In this document: in pieces, positions 11,176 through 24,401 of the stretch
Layout: each line of letters begins with the position of its first letter
Position numbering within the stretch: position 1 is the first letter of the stretch
Origin: Macrostomum lignano
Lineage: Eukaryota
Direction: 5' to 3'
Length of the DNA stretch: 64,000 nucleotides
Assembly: GCA_002269645.1 (NCBI GenBank)
Contig: NIVC01002492.1
Location: forward strand, 1-64,000
Position numbers and translations under genes: made by a program
The notes under the pieces: generated by a model
What the model saw: the letters and a program-made list of their open reading frames with translations, nothing else
Databases searched by the model: none
What the model was told of the DNA's origin: nothing

Positions 11176-14100
11176 ATGTCCAACTTGACAAACTCGCTGC
11201 AGTCGTCGCTGGAACAGTTCGTGAAGCCGCACTCGGTGAAGGCGAGCTTCCCCATTGACCGGCTGATCAACCGGCTGGCCTTCATGACGGTCATCGTGCA
11301 GGCAGTCGCCATTCTGGCTGCAAACTTCGCTGCCCGTGAGAGCTGCTGTCTTCGGAGTTGTCTTGGAGTTGTCTTGGATGAATCCATGTCTGAGGATTCT
11401 GAATTATGGCCAAAGGAACAGAGCTTTGACGTGCTGATAATCTGTGCTCATAAATCTTATGCTTTTCGATAGTTATCACTATGGGACGTGGGCCAGCGCA
11501 GTTACAGTCAGCACTGCCAAGCTAAGGAGTTAAGGTTGGGGTTATAGGGTTAAGATTAGGCCCGTTAGCATTACCGCCAGTCAAATTTGCTCAAATTAAA
11601 TCAAGCAGATGCAACAAAACCAAAAGAAGCTGGAATTCATCTATTATGCATATTTAGAAAATTTTTCTCACTTTCATCATTTCATCATTAATCTTGTGCT
11701 CGTATAACGTACGTCGTATCACACTATCTGAAATTTTTAGCGAGTTTTCAAGATAAAATGTTGTGGATTTTTCTATGCGTACACTCGCACACGTGTTCAA
11801 ATACACTGTATTTCATAGAAAATAACCAGACACCCTCAAGCGGTTCATGAGTTTTCTATCGATCTCCTACGCTGCATATTAAAACCAAGCCCAGCTTCAG
11901 CTATGAAAATATGCAGTCTCGTTCGGATCCATATCATGTCAGTTCACCTTTCCCCATTCCGCCAGAAGCCAAGGTTACGTGCGCCACGGAGGCAGACGGA
12001 AGCAAAGAGAACGGGAGTGCGGCGACCGCAGCGACGGCCTCCGTGGCGGACAAGGTGTACGCGGAGTCCTACTGCTACAGTCGCGGCGTGGACCAGACCG
12101 GCCTGCCCGATGGCACAATACCGGCCAGCTTCGATGGAGTTCTGAGGCACTACTTGCTGCAGTTCTACCTGCCCATTGTGTTTATTATTCAGGTAAAGAG
12201 TCGTTAAAATTACCCAATTTGAGACGTCAGTAAGTGTAAAAAATGTTAAGATTCTCCTTATCTCCTCTGATAATAGCCCGACTGCGCGCGTTCTTTAAGT
12301 CGAGAACCCGAATCTGGCAAAAAATCCATGAAACCCAACCAAACCGTCTGTAAACCCAGGCAGGGACAGTCTACCTGCCCTACTACATCTGGAGCCAGAC
12401 TGCAGGAGAATGTCTGCGCCAAAACATTCAGTTTGTGGTCGAGCTTTCCAAGAAGCTGCTGGCCGATGATGCGGAAGGCAGCGGTGGCGGCGGTGATGGC
12501 TGCAATTCGGAGGAGACCTGCCGACACCGGCGGATGCAGCAAGGAAGACCATCGAAGGCCGACCTGCTGACGGACGCGACGCTGAAGCAGCGACTACGGC
12601 GCTGGTACTGCAAGTCGAAGCACATGGGCCGGTACTGTGCTTTCCAGCTGGCCCGAGCGGCCGTCATCGCAGGCTGGATGGCTTTCTACGCCTTCTTCCC
12701 GGGCTTCCGTCACGAGGACGTTCGCTATTGCTTTGTCTGCTACCTGCCGGACTCGCGCGAGACCTCCGGCCATCGCCGTTTTAACTGCGTGCTGCTGCAG
12801 GCCAGCATATACGAGGTCGGCTGGTCCACCAACATGTCTCTGCTGGCCTTCTGCTTGCTGGCCACGGCCAGACAGCTGTTTTACTTTTTCCCCTTCGTGC
12901 TCGGCTGCCGGTGTCGCCAGTGCCGCACGAAGCGCTGCCTCAGCTCCTGCGGCAAAGAGTGTCGCTCGCACTACTTCCAGCGCATCCTGGGCCTGGTCGT
13001 TCAGCCCAAGCGAAGTGTCGCTGATGAAGGTTTTCCGTTGCTCGGCCGCGGAGGCGGTGGTAGCGGCTACGCTGAGATTGAGGATGGCTGCACCGACTAT
13101 TTCTCGCACCGACTTGCTGACAGGTGAGCTGGCGGTAGACTTCAGTCCATTGGGATTTATACATTTCGACCGGGCTCACAGTGGCTGAGCTCTTTGGCGA
13201 GTTTTAATTGCTACATGTACATGTACAAGCGCATGCATCGGCGACGGCATTCTTGGCACCGCAAATAATTTTGTGCACCCAGCACACGCGTTCATATGAG
13301 CGAAATTTTTGGCATTATCAAATACCATCGAAGCATGCATTTAGTTTCTTCCCCATCTCGAAACTTCACATCGTCGAAAAGGCTCGTTGGTGCCCAATGC
13401 GGGAGGGAGAGGACGCTACGGCCATTCGACTCCGTATTTGAAATTTGCTATTGAGTATTGAATAACACACTCTACTGATATTTTGAAGAAAGAAATTCTG
13501 GCGCAAACTGATCAGGGCAGGTCCACGCGCAGTGTTAACCCCACCCCCCAAGCGAAGGAGGCCGGGTGCAAAAAGCGCAATGAGAGCACTAGGCGGGGGT
13601 GGGGCCGGGGATGCCGGGGATTACAAGCTCCAAACCGAAGCATTTTGTTATTATTTGACTATGAAAAACATCTACACGGGATTTGACGATGCCAAGTTTC
13701 AAACTTCAAGCAAATAGGTTTTTGGTTTTCTGCACCACTGTAGCATAACAGGACGCGAAGATCGTGAAAGTTTTAGGTCAATTCCTGGAAAAAATACACT
13801 GCGGAGATAGGAAATCATTTTTGCATCACAAAATCAATGATTGCATTTGATCTGGGGCAGTGAAGAGTACAATTCCTTTAATTTAACACGTACGTTACTG
13901 TGCAGTGAAAATTTTATCCTCATATTGTTTCTTTTTATTTCATAAGCCCAAGCCAAAGCTGTAAAAACACAAATAAAATTTTAGTTTCGTTCCTTCTTGA
14001 ATCATTGCAATCATTGATGTTTTTTAATGAAAAAGGTTTTTTGCGATCTCCAGACTCCGCAGTGTACTTTTTAAGAAACTGACCAAAAAGTTATCGATCT

Positions 14101-14448
14101 TGGTTTTACATCATGTAATGACACAGCGGTCCTAAGCTTAATTCGATAATGCACCGCAGGTACTATATCTCCCAACTGTGCTACGAGAACAGCCACCTGC
14201 TAGATCAGGTAATACCGGATATGGCCGCAGCCAATGCCAGCGATGAGTTCTCGAGCATGGGCAACCTGGCCTCCATCGCTATGCGGCTGGACCGGCGCGC
14301 AGACCAGGTGCGCGGTGAAATGGCGCAGAGCCTCGAGGACGCCGAGGCGAAGGCAAAATCCGCATTGTCTGCCAAGCTCGGCCGGCGGGCGGTTGAAGCT
14401 GCGGATGAGGCAGCGGCAACTGCCAGCAAAGAGAGGAGCTCACAGTGA
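11176..14448 (+). CDS. Innexin/pannexin-like 4-TM channel, about 479 aa
   Basis: Phase-consistent exons 11176-11335, 11966-12192, 12360-13123, 14160-14448 (1440 nt). TM1 follows FPIDRLINRL; EL1 has C..YAESYC; TM2 ends in YLPYYIW; EL2 has FVC..FNCVL. This is the two-Cys-per-loop innexin pattern. Confidence 0.72.
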
Positions 14449-14820
14449 TGACATGCCAGGACTCGCAAACTAACTGCATGGTTGAGCGTCTTTAGAGTGC
14501 AAGCGTCTGAGTCCACAGAAATCTGGTTGTTCTCCCTCACTTTTGCTTTGTGACACTGGTAACCAAGGGCAATTTACTCAATAAAATGTATTTGGCGACT
14601 GGCTTGACATTATTTAAATTTTGTCAATTTTTGCATGGCTATAACGCTATATTGCCGCAACGCCAGGTGAATGACAAAGTAACAGAGGCGGTAGTCAAAT
14701 CTGAGTTTCAAAATGCGCAGCAGCGTGAAATGCAGCAACAAAGAGCTCCGACAGTTTCTATTTTAGAAAAAAGGCAAATCCAGCTGCTCAGCCCAGCAAG
14801 ATGTCAGCCCCTCATTTAAA

Positions 14821-17800
14821 TCAAAAGCCTCCGCAGCCGTGTGAATCTGCGAAGCTGGCGTAGCTGGCCATGGCTGCGGCGGAGGTCCGCGGCCGGACCC
14901 GGCCAGCCTCCAGCAGCTGCAGCGCCAGCTTCCAGCTCAGGCCAGTCAGACCGTTCTGGACGGATTCAGCTGCGGTTTCCGAGACCAGCGCCGTGAGCTC
15001 TGCACCGCTGAGGCCTTCAGTGCGGGCGGCCACCTCCGACATGGCCGCCGCGGCGTCTTCCTCGCAGCACTGAGGCAGTCGCGCGGAGGCCACGGCGAGA
15101 ATCCGCTGTCGGGAGGCTTCGTCGGGCAGCGGCACGAAGATGAGGCGGTCCAGGCGGCCGGGGCGCAGCAGCGCGGGGTCCACGCACTCCGGCCGGTTTG
15201 TGGCTGCCAGTACGAACAGTCGCGACCGTCCGGCCACGCCGTCCAGCAGCGTCAGCACCTCCGACAGCACACGATTGCCCACGCTGTCGCCGCCGGCGTC
15301 CGGCCCGCCGCCGCCGCGGGTCGGCAGAAGAGCGTCGACTTCGTCAAGGAACAGTACGGCAGGAGCTGCAGCCTGCGCCCGGGTCAGCAGCTCCCGGATG
15401 GACCGCTCAGAATCGCCCACGTATCTGGGGATTGCGTGGGATGAGGGGATCAAGCTAGTGAGGGAAGTTGAACCGGCAAAAATATTTCTGAATATTGCAG
15501 CTTCAATGAGATGCTTGGGATCAGATTCCGTCAGTCTCCCGCTACCTAACCACTAAATTAAGAAGACACATAAACCACCGCATTCAATATGGCTCGAGCC
15601 AATGGTTCACTTGAAGAATTAGGAAGTCAGAAGAAATGAGATAAAAGTTTCGAATTTGCAGCTTATCAGTAGCAATTCCGCATCTGTCGCATGTTGGCAA
15701 TTTAAAACAGCATAGAATTGGAACTCACCTCGAGTAGACATCAGCGCACTGCACGGCAATAAAGGGCAGACCGCACTCGGTAGCCACAGCCTTGGCCATC
15801 ATGGTCTTGCAGCAGCCGGGCGGCCCGTACAGCAGCATCCCAGCAGGGGGCCGCACGCCGAACTTGGCGAACCGGTCTGGCTCCAGCAGCGGCGCCAGCA
15901 CGCGGTCCCGCAGCAGCTGCTTCAGCTTGTCCAGCCCGCCGATGTCGTCCCAGGAGACGCGGTCGGCGCTGGTGAGCAGTGCCTGGACTCCTGAGGGACG
16001 GAAGCTGCGCAGAGCCTCATCGAAGTCGCGACGCTCCAAGCGCTGGCGGCCGGCTGTGCGGCTGACGTGCACGGCTGAGGGATTGGCGGGGGCTGGGCCC
16101 GTATTAGCCAATCAGGTCGTCAAACAGTGCGTCAAAAGTCAAGAGATGCTCTGTGCACTGAGAAGATGCAAAGATTGGCCTGTTGCCAAAAAGGAGACAA
16201 ATGAGGAAAACCAAATGCCAAATGAGGAAAATAATTCAAGACAAATTTCCTACTTTAAGCATTTGATTACGTATTTATGCTCTTAGAGGCTTAACGAAAT
16301 GATCCTTTCTGTTGCTGTCAATGAAATGCTTCATTCAACCGCTTGCCATAAGCGAGGAGACATTAGGGAACTTGCAGAACTCACCCAGCTTGCACAAGCT
16401 GATCAGCTCAGATGCCGAGTAGCCGTGCACACGGGCAGCAAACTGGCGCACCAGGCCCGAGTCCGACGGTCGCATCGGCTCCGGCAGCCGGTTGAGCTGC
16501 CGCTCCATCAGCTGCAAAAGCAGGGAGGCGAGATCAGCTCACCTATACAGTAGGTGTGGGTTTAACCAGTTCAACACTCAGGTTCCGGTCTCGTGTCACA
16601 CTACTGCCAATAGACAGGGTAGGGCGTCAGCGACTCACCCTGGCCTTGGCCTCGCCTGTGGGCAGCGGCACAAGGATGCGCAGCTGGAAGAGGCTGCGCA
16701 GCCTCTCATTCAGACTCTTCAGATCGCTGCCGGTGGCAAGCAGCAGAAGGCGGCCGCTGGAGTTCAGCTGCTCCAGCTCTGACGCCAGCACCTGCCTCAG
16801 GCGGTTGTCAACGCCGGTGCTGCCGGCCCTGGCCTCGCCGAACTGCTCGTCAATGTCCTCAATAAGCAGGCAGGTGCTGCCGCTGGAGGCAGTTGGTTAA
16901 CGGGGAAGGCTTAAAAGTATCTTTAATAGAAGCATCTGAGAACTTGAGGCCTTGACAGAGCGGCTCCACAGACCACAGTCTCTTGTGCCAGTGGACCTAG
17001 GCTCCTGTGTGCCAGTGGACCTAGGCTCCTGTGTGCCAGTGGACCTAGGCTCCTGTGTGCCAGTGGACCTAGGCTCCTGTGTGCCAGTGGACCTAGGCTC
17101 CTGTGTGCCAGTGGACCTAGGCTCCTGTGTGCCAGTGGACCTAGGCTCCTGTGTGCCAGTGGACCTAGGCTCCTGTGTGCCAGTGGACCTAGGCTCCTGT
17201 GTGCCAGTGGACCTAGGCTCTTGTGTGCCAGTGGACCTAGGCTCCTGTGTGCCAGTGGACCTAGGCTCCTGTGTGCCAGTGGACCTAGGCTCCTGTGTGC
17301 CAGTGGACCTAGGCTCCTGTGTGCCAGTGGACCTAGGCTCCTGTGTGCCAGTGGACCTAGGCTCCTGTGTGCCAGTGGACCTAGGCTCCTGTGTGCCAGT
17401 GGACCTAGGCTCTTGTGTGCCAGTGGACCTAGGCTCCTGTGTGCCAGTGGACCTAGGCTCCTGTGTGCCAGTGGACCTAGGCTCCTGTGTGCCAGTGGAC
17501 CTAGGCTCCTGTGTGCCAGTGGACCTAGGCTCCTGTGTGCAGGCCAAGCGCCGAGGCGCAGTTCAAGTGCACATCTTACAAGATTGGAGCGGCTGCACGC
17601 ATTATGTGAGTTCAATGCCTGTGCAGCCAAGGACCACTAGTTCAAACGACACATTTCAAATTTATTACAAGGCTAATTTTACTGAAACTGAGAAGATAGA
17701 AATCGCTTAGTGCTTTAGCACTAAACTGGCTATCTCTTATCACATGGGCCTCTGAAAAGTTTTCTGTAAAACTCCCCAACTATTGAAATTCATTTGAGGG

Positions 17801-19875
17801 CCAGATTTCAAACATAATGTATTTAGGGTGCCCGCGGCCACTTTCCATCACAGCGCAGAGCAGGTGCACGTACCTGGCAGCAGCTTGTTTCAGAGTAGAG
17901 CTCAGATTGGCCTCAGCCTGGCCCAGGTAGCGACCGAGCAGGCAGTTGCGGTCCAGGCGCACCAGCGGGCAGCGGAGACGCCGACAGACACTGGCAGCCA
18001 GACTGGCCTTGCCGCAGCCGCGGGGCCCGCACAGGAAAACTCCGGTGAAAGCAAAGCCGGTCGGGCTGCACAGCTCGGACACAAACTGCGCCACCGCGGC
18101 GCTAAGCTGCTCCTCCTGGCGCTCCAGGCCGAACAGCTCTGGCAGGTCATCGCTGCCCACTGGCACCGGTGCGGTTGGGTCCAGAGTCTCGAAATAGAGC
18201 TTGGTTGCGTCCACTATGCGATACGGCTGTCGGAAATCAGAGGCGGGTCGGAGCGACACGGCGAGCTGGCGATAGTCGGACAGGTCCAGACCACCGGTGC
18301 CGCCTCCGCTGCTGGCAGCAGCATCCGCTGCGACAGCCCCACCTGTTCGAGGGGTCCGCCGACCTCGCTTGGGTGTCTCCGATGGCGTGTCCGGGCTTTG
18401 GGGTGGCGCCCGTGGGGAGGCCGTCTCGCTGCTGATGGAGCACTGAGCGGCCAGCGAGTTCGACAGGGAGAGCTCAGAGCCTTCAGCGGCCGCCACTGAC
18501 GGAGGCGCGGGCGGCGGTGACGGGGAGATGCGGCAGAACCGCAGGGCCACCTCGGCCCCGAAAATGTTGAAGCTGTTCACAGTCCCATCGGACACGTAGC
18601 AGTTGCCTTGTTTAGACCAAGAAGGATTGGGTGCACTTGTTGAGCTGCATCAGCCTGCCGCAATCAGCTCTCAATCTACATCAGTCTGTATCAGCTCCCT
18701 CCCTCTGGAATCAACTCATTCACTCTACAATGGTTGTATTTACAGCTACCGTTCGAGCGGACCGCAGACGGGGTGGTAGAAGTTTGGGCACTGGACTGCT
18801 CAGAGCTTGCCGAGTTTGATAGGGAGGAGAGCGGCGGCACCGAGGCGTACAGAACACTCTGGGGCGGAAGTGGATGGGCTGAAAGCGTACTGACACTCTT
18901 CGCAGACATGAGTGAAGACTTCGACGGGAGAAACAGATTTTAAAGATGTCAGTCAGGAAAAAGTAAATTCCGAGCAAATATTTTATCTTTCAGACCATGC
19001 GCTCATGACCGGCTGACTTCGCATTGCTACAATATTTCAGTTCACGATATGTTTCAATTTGCCGTCACCAATCTTCACTTTACTTTAACAACTTAAGTAC
19101 GCAAAGGACTAGAGGGAGAGACCAGGGAGCGCGAGAGCAGGGTGCACACACAAATACTGCAGCACACGGTGGCGTGAGAGCAGGGGGAGGTTGGGTGGGG
19201 CTAATCCACACAGGACTTGGGGTGGGGGGCAAACTTACAGAGTTGAAGGGCGAGTGAGAAAGAAGAGGGTAAGGCTAGCCAATCAGGGGCCTCCGCGGCG
19301 AGAGACATGATTGGACTGGCCCAAACGAGAGAGAAACGAAAAGGGACCGGCCAATGAAAATAGAAACTACGAGACAACTAAAAATAAAAACAAGGCGGCT
19401 TAATACAGGGGCAGACTAGAATAAGCAATGAGCAAGGAGAGGAGAGCTCAAAGGTCGGGCCTTATGAAGCTCACAGCACAATAATTTTACTCTGCAATCG
19501 GCTCCCTCCGCATCACTCACGCAGCCTGTGTTTCAGAATCCTGAGAAGCAGATCCCTGTTGGCTGGCATGGTCTCGCACTCGATGGCCACAGCTGCGGAC
19601 TCGGCAGCAATGGGGGTCGATGAGATCGGAGAGAGCTGCAGCTCCTGTTCAGCTGCAGAGGCGGCAGAGTCGGCATCCAGGCAGAACCGCTGGCAGGTGG
19701 TCAGTGGCAGGTGGCCGGGGAAGACGCGATTTCCGCCAAGCGGCTTTGGCTGAGCACCGCCAGGGCAGGGGAACACGGAGCAGCAGTGCTGGAACTGCAG
19801 CAGCACGGGCTGCATGATGCGGAGGCCCCAGTCGGCGAATGCCTGCGCTGGAAGCAGCAGGTGGTCGCCTAGCAT
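14821..19875 (-). CDS. AFG2/SPATA5-family (CDC48-like) double-AAA ATPase, about 808 aa
   Basis: Phase-consistent exons 19875-19521, 18606-17874, 16882-16639, 16511-16385, 16092-15729, 15424-14821 (2427 nt). D2 has VSWDDIGG, GPPGCCKTMMAKA, YVGDSE, LFLDEVD, AATNRP..DPALLRPGRLD. The GCxKT Walker A is typical of AFG2/SPATA5. The start codon is tentative. Confidence 0.82.
16981..17540. repeat. 24-bp intronic minisatellite, about 23 copies
   Basis: Unit CTCCTGTGTGCCAGTGGACCTAGG, in AAA intron 2; it causes the 8-aa periodic ORFs. Confidence 0.95.
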
Positions 19876-22624
19876 GGGGCATAAAGTTGTGGAGTTGCTG
19901 ACTTGAATGTTCCGCTAGTGAGTTTAACATAGCTGATCAAAGATGCATATAAGCCAGCGCTTGGATAGACTTATGATTTTAGGCTGCTTCCCCCTCTCAT
20001 TTCCCCATGTTTAGGTTGTCATGAAGCAAAAATTACTCAAACGGAAGACGATTAATTTTTATTATCGAATTAAGATTTTGATAGCGTATAATTTTTTTAC
20101 ATCCGGCAGTTAAAAATTTAAAAAATAGAAGACGCATATTGGGCAAATAAAATTTGATCACAAACAGGTTCTGGCGTACAGTTTCTGAAATAAAAGCTGG
20201 CTAAGAATATTTGCACCAACTACCTGACGCCTAAACAGAAAATCGGATAATTTAATAACAAGTAGAGTATTCGCAGTAAGCAGGGACCACAGTGGGAGCA
20301 GAGCAAAGTGCTTAGCAGCAATTCTGACAGCGCCATGGCAAGCGATCGGGTCATAGCCTGCGCTCATTGCAAATGACGCTTTGGGCAGTATGACCGTCAT
20401 AGAAGCGCACGGATGCGCTGCAAGCTGCTGCGCTGCACTAAGCAATGTAAGTTTATCTCTGTAGATATCGCTGGGAGCAGCAATATTAGACACTGATGGA
20501 CTTAACCTTTCTTGTTCATTAAATACTTATATGGATTGACAGCCCTTGGGCGTGTAAGTCTCGCTATGAGTGCGGCTTCGAGTCATGCTTCTCTGGAAAC
20601 TTGGGCGACTCCGGCTGCTGCTTGGTAAAGGCCCGGTGGCCTCTACCGCCGTTACTGGCCGAGCTGTTGGCCTGCTGCTCAGCGGGTGCGTCCCGCTTGG
20701 CGCAGCAAGACGTGAAGAATTTGATTATCACTCAGCACATGCTCTGGAATGGTGAAATGGGCCGAGGCGGTAGCACGATTGCATTCGCAATAGAACTGTC
20801 TCTAGGCAAAACTAGCCACAGCGCTCGGGCCATGCGGCATAGAATGCTGCAGACAGCTAAAATATCAAATTAAAACAAGCTATTTTTTGCCCGAATTCAC
20901 GCTAAGGTACAACGCGGTGGTAAATTTAAATCCGCAAATCCACAGCAATGTTGTGTCCCGAGACGGACCAGCCAGCTACGTCTTGCGCTCTGTACGAGCA
21001 GGAAAACGCAGCCCCAGTCCTGCTGCTTGCCAACCCACTGTCGCACAAACGCGCAGGCAGTAGGCCAGCAACCAGGGTCGCAGCGAACGCACAGGCCCCG
21101 GTGACAAAGTCCTAGAGGCACTTGACCCCGATACTTACAGTGGCGCGGATACTTGGCGCGCTGGGCGTCTATGTTGAACACGATTGTTAGCACGCTTGTT
21201 TTTGGTTTATTGTCATATAGTATACTATTTGCGGCGAAGGAGTCAGAGGAGAAGCGGTCGCATGGGGGGAAAGGACAGGAGCGCACGCCAATAAATATCT
21301 GCCAGCACAACATGGGGTGGTGCAAAAGCTGCAGGATAAGAGAAAAGGCGGGGTGGGCAGAGAGAGCGAGCGGGGATTGGCTGCAGCCACACAAAACGCG
21401 ACTGGGGGGTAGAAAACCAGAATTACAGAAAACAGCGACAGCCAATGAGAGAGCACGGAGGGGGAGGGATAATAATAATTAGGGGTGAGAAAGTTGCAGA
21501 CATAGGCTGGACAAATAAACAACTACAATAATAGTTCATCAATTGATTGGGTCTAGTGCAGTGGCACCAAAAAATAAATAAAGTACTTTAAGAAAATAGC
21601 TCACAACAAGTTGCAAGCATGGAAGGGGTGGGGAGGGTTGGCAGAGGGAGAGAGAGAGAGAGACTACAGTAAGGGCAAAAACATTGAGTTACGAATTCAC
21701 AACAGCAATCTTCAACTAAGCAGCATTCATTCAAGACCGACGCATTTAGCGATTTCGCCGGTAAGGTCAGTTTAACATGCACAGTGAAGTTTTTTGGCTG
21801 CAAATAGCATTAGCATGATTTTTATCAGAACGGTGCGTTCTGATTTATGATCGAATGTGCAAGTTTCATGAAAATCTGTTGAGCCGTTTTTTCTCAACCA
21901 CATGACAAATCAACCACACACATACCTAGTCAACCTAGATACCTAGAGACAAATAATATTTCTCATAAGTGGATCCTGGTGTTCCAAATTCCAAATTAAG
22001 CATGAGCATGGTATTTAAGGTTCTAAGTTCTACCAAAAGCAACTTAACGAACCTTTGACAAGGACACCAGAAACTGTAAGTTTGTATCAACTGTGCACCA
22101 AAATCTGGTGGACCACGGGTATTTTTGAACGATATAGGAATAGCAGAGGCAATATTTGACTTCCGCAAGCCATTGAAACGAACCCCTACATTGCACTAGA
22201 TTTCCCTCAGACCTATCTCTAAACCCGCTAAAACAAGTTAGACCCGCTTTAAAATGACAAAAAACCAGCAGCCCATCTAGATAAACACGATTTGCAATAC
22301 AGATTTATTTAATTTTAAAAAATTCTCAAAATATTACCTTTGAATAAAAATACGAAGCATAAGCTGATTTGACTCGATAATACCATTGATTGACAGTATA
22401 AAATATTGCACAATAACAATGCAGGCTAAGCGGATTGCAAAAACTAAAACTGGAAGCGTGCGAGAACAGATCAAATGTGACAGAGTAAACATCAGCGTGC
22501 ATGCTGGAGGCTCTGGAGCGGAGCATTTGGGCTCATATCTTTGGGATTCCTGACTTCTGCTGTGCTGAAGCTGTACTCTTACATTCCAGCACTGTTTGCC
22601 ATTACGGTCAGCGACACTGCGATT

Positions 22625-23138
22625 CCCTGTACCATTGAGTGCCACTGCTCAGTGATGCTTTAATTACCTGTACCATTAAGTGCCACTGCTCAGTGACCCT
22701 TCAATTCCCTGTACCATTGTGTGCCACTGCTCAGTGACGCTTCAATTCCCTGTACTATTGAGTGCCACTGCTCAGTGACGCTTCAAGTTCCTGTACCATT
22801 GAGTGCCACTGCTCAGTGACGCTTCAATTTCCTGTACCATTGTGAGCCACTGCTCAGTGACGCTTCAATTTCCTGTACCATTGTGAGCCACTGCTCAGTG
22901 ACGCTTTAATTCCCTGTACCATTGTGTGCCACTGCTCAGTGACGCTTCAATTTCCTGTACCATTGTGAGCCACTGCTCAGTGACGCTTCAATTTCCTGTA
23001 CCATTGAGTGCCACTGCTCAGTGACGCTTCAATTTCCTGTACCATTGAGTGCCACTGCTCAGTGACGCTTCAATTTCCTGTACCATTGTGAGCCACTGCT
23101 CAGTGACGCTTCAATTTCCTGTACCACTGAGTGCCACT
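22625..23138. repeat. 41-bp minisatellite, about 12.5 copies
   Basis: Unit (T/C)CCTGTACCATTG(A/T)GTGCCACTGCTCAGTGACGCTTCAATT, with an internal inverted CACTG-CT-CAGTG. Confidence 0.93.
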
Positions 23139-24401
23139 ACGCTTAGACCGTCAGCAATTCGAAACAGAAAATCAACAGCAAACAAATACTTCTTCAGCTT
23201 CCAGCAGCAGAGATACCAAGGGGTACAGTGGTACAAAAGTGCATCGCAGACAGTATTTATGATGAAAAATATGTAGACAGTGCTATGTACCTAACTGAAT
23301 TAGTTAAACAAGCTCAAGGTTTAATCCAGCAAACCTAACCATCGAGGTGGAAATGGGAAAAGAAACCTGTGAAAAGATACTCAAACACGGGCCGCAGGGA
23401 AAATGCGCTGCAGCTTAAATAAGCTGCATCAGCTAATAAGCGCGATAATACTTTGCAGATGCAAAATGAAGAATACTGCGATTGCTACTGAAATTAAATA
23501 ATTAGTGCGTTGCGGTTTCTGTCAGACATTGTTGGACAAAGATAGCTAAACTACGAGCCCGTCTCCAAGCCAAAAACTGGCCGGAAACAGATAACTAAGC
23601 CACAGTAAGCAGTGCTGTGCTGTATTGCATCGGGAGAGCATGAGCTCTTAAGTACAGCATGAGTGCAGCTTTGAAAACATCTTGCAATAGAAATAATGCG
23701 AATTCGCAGACAAAAACTAAAGCTAACACCAAAATAGACAGCTGAAGATGCAGATGCGGCTCAATAATACTAGCTTAGAGCAGCCAGCCGCCACATCTCT
23801 GCAATATGTCATAACAGAAAGATTATTGAGCTGGAATTACTCGCAGCAATTCTGGAACTCTCCTGATACTGTACAAAAAACCAAAACCAAAAACCAGAAC
23901 AAGTGCTGAGTTAAGTTGAAGGCGTGGAGAAGACCTAAGCTATGCGTCCTGACACTAGTCTTAGTCTGACAGCTACAGATCTATCAGCAACCTTGCGCGA
24001 ATTTGACCAGTCGGTTTTAGAGAATAACAAAGCTACAATGGCATGCTGCAATTATCAGTCTAAAAAACTGTAAAACAAAGGAAAAAAGCTGGTATTGTCA
24101 TCACAAGGGCTAAATTTGTACCGAAATTGAACTCAAACTTTATAAAATTAATAAGATGACGATGTTGAGTATTACAACAGCAATGGGCATGCAGAATAGT
24201 AGCTTAGTTGGACTTTTAGGGAACTGAAAATTTCAGTTAAATTTTCAGTTCCATGTGACCGGCCAATGTGATTTGTCTTATTAAACAGTTTGCTTTGAAA
24301 CTTCAAGCCTCTTGATTTTGTCAATTCGACTTTATCTAGTGGATACTGCGAGTGAATTACTGCACAGAGACCGTTGCCTGAAGCGACTGCTGCTCTTATT
24401 T

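Noticed and set aside
16897-17710. Long periodic ORFs (216-252 aa) on both strands
   Set aside because: They are translations of the 24-bp intronic repeat; flanking AAA exons splice in phase without them.
17828-18499. Plus-strand 223-aa ORF and similar antisense ORFs (e.g. 12594..13109, 15792..16286, 51754..52236)
   Set aside because: They are shadows of GC-rich coding sequence on the opposite strand, with no recognisable motifs.
22625-23138. CRISPR-like appearance of this and other 24-47 bp arrays
   Set aside because: Units are head to tail with no unique spacers, there are no cas genes, and the context is eukaryotic.
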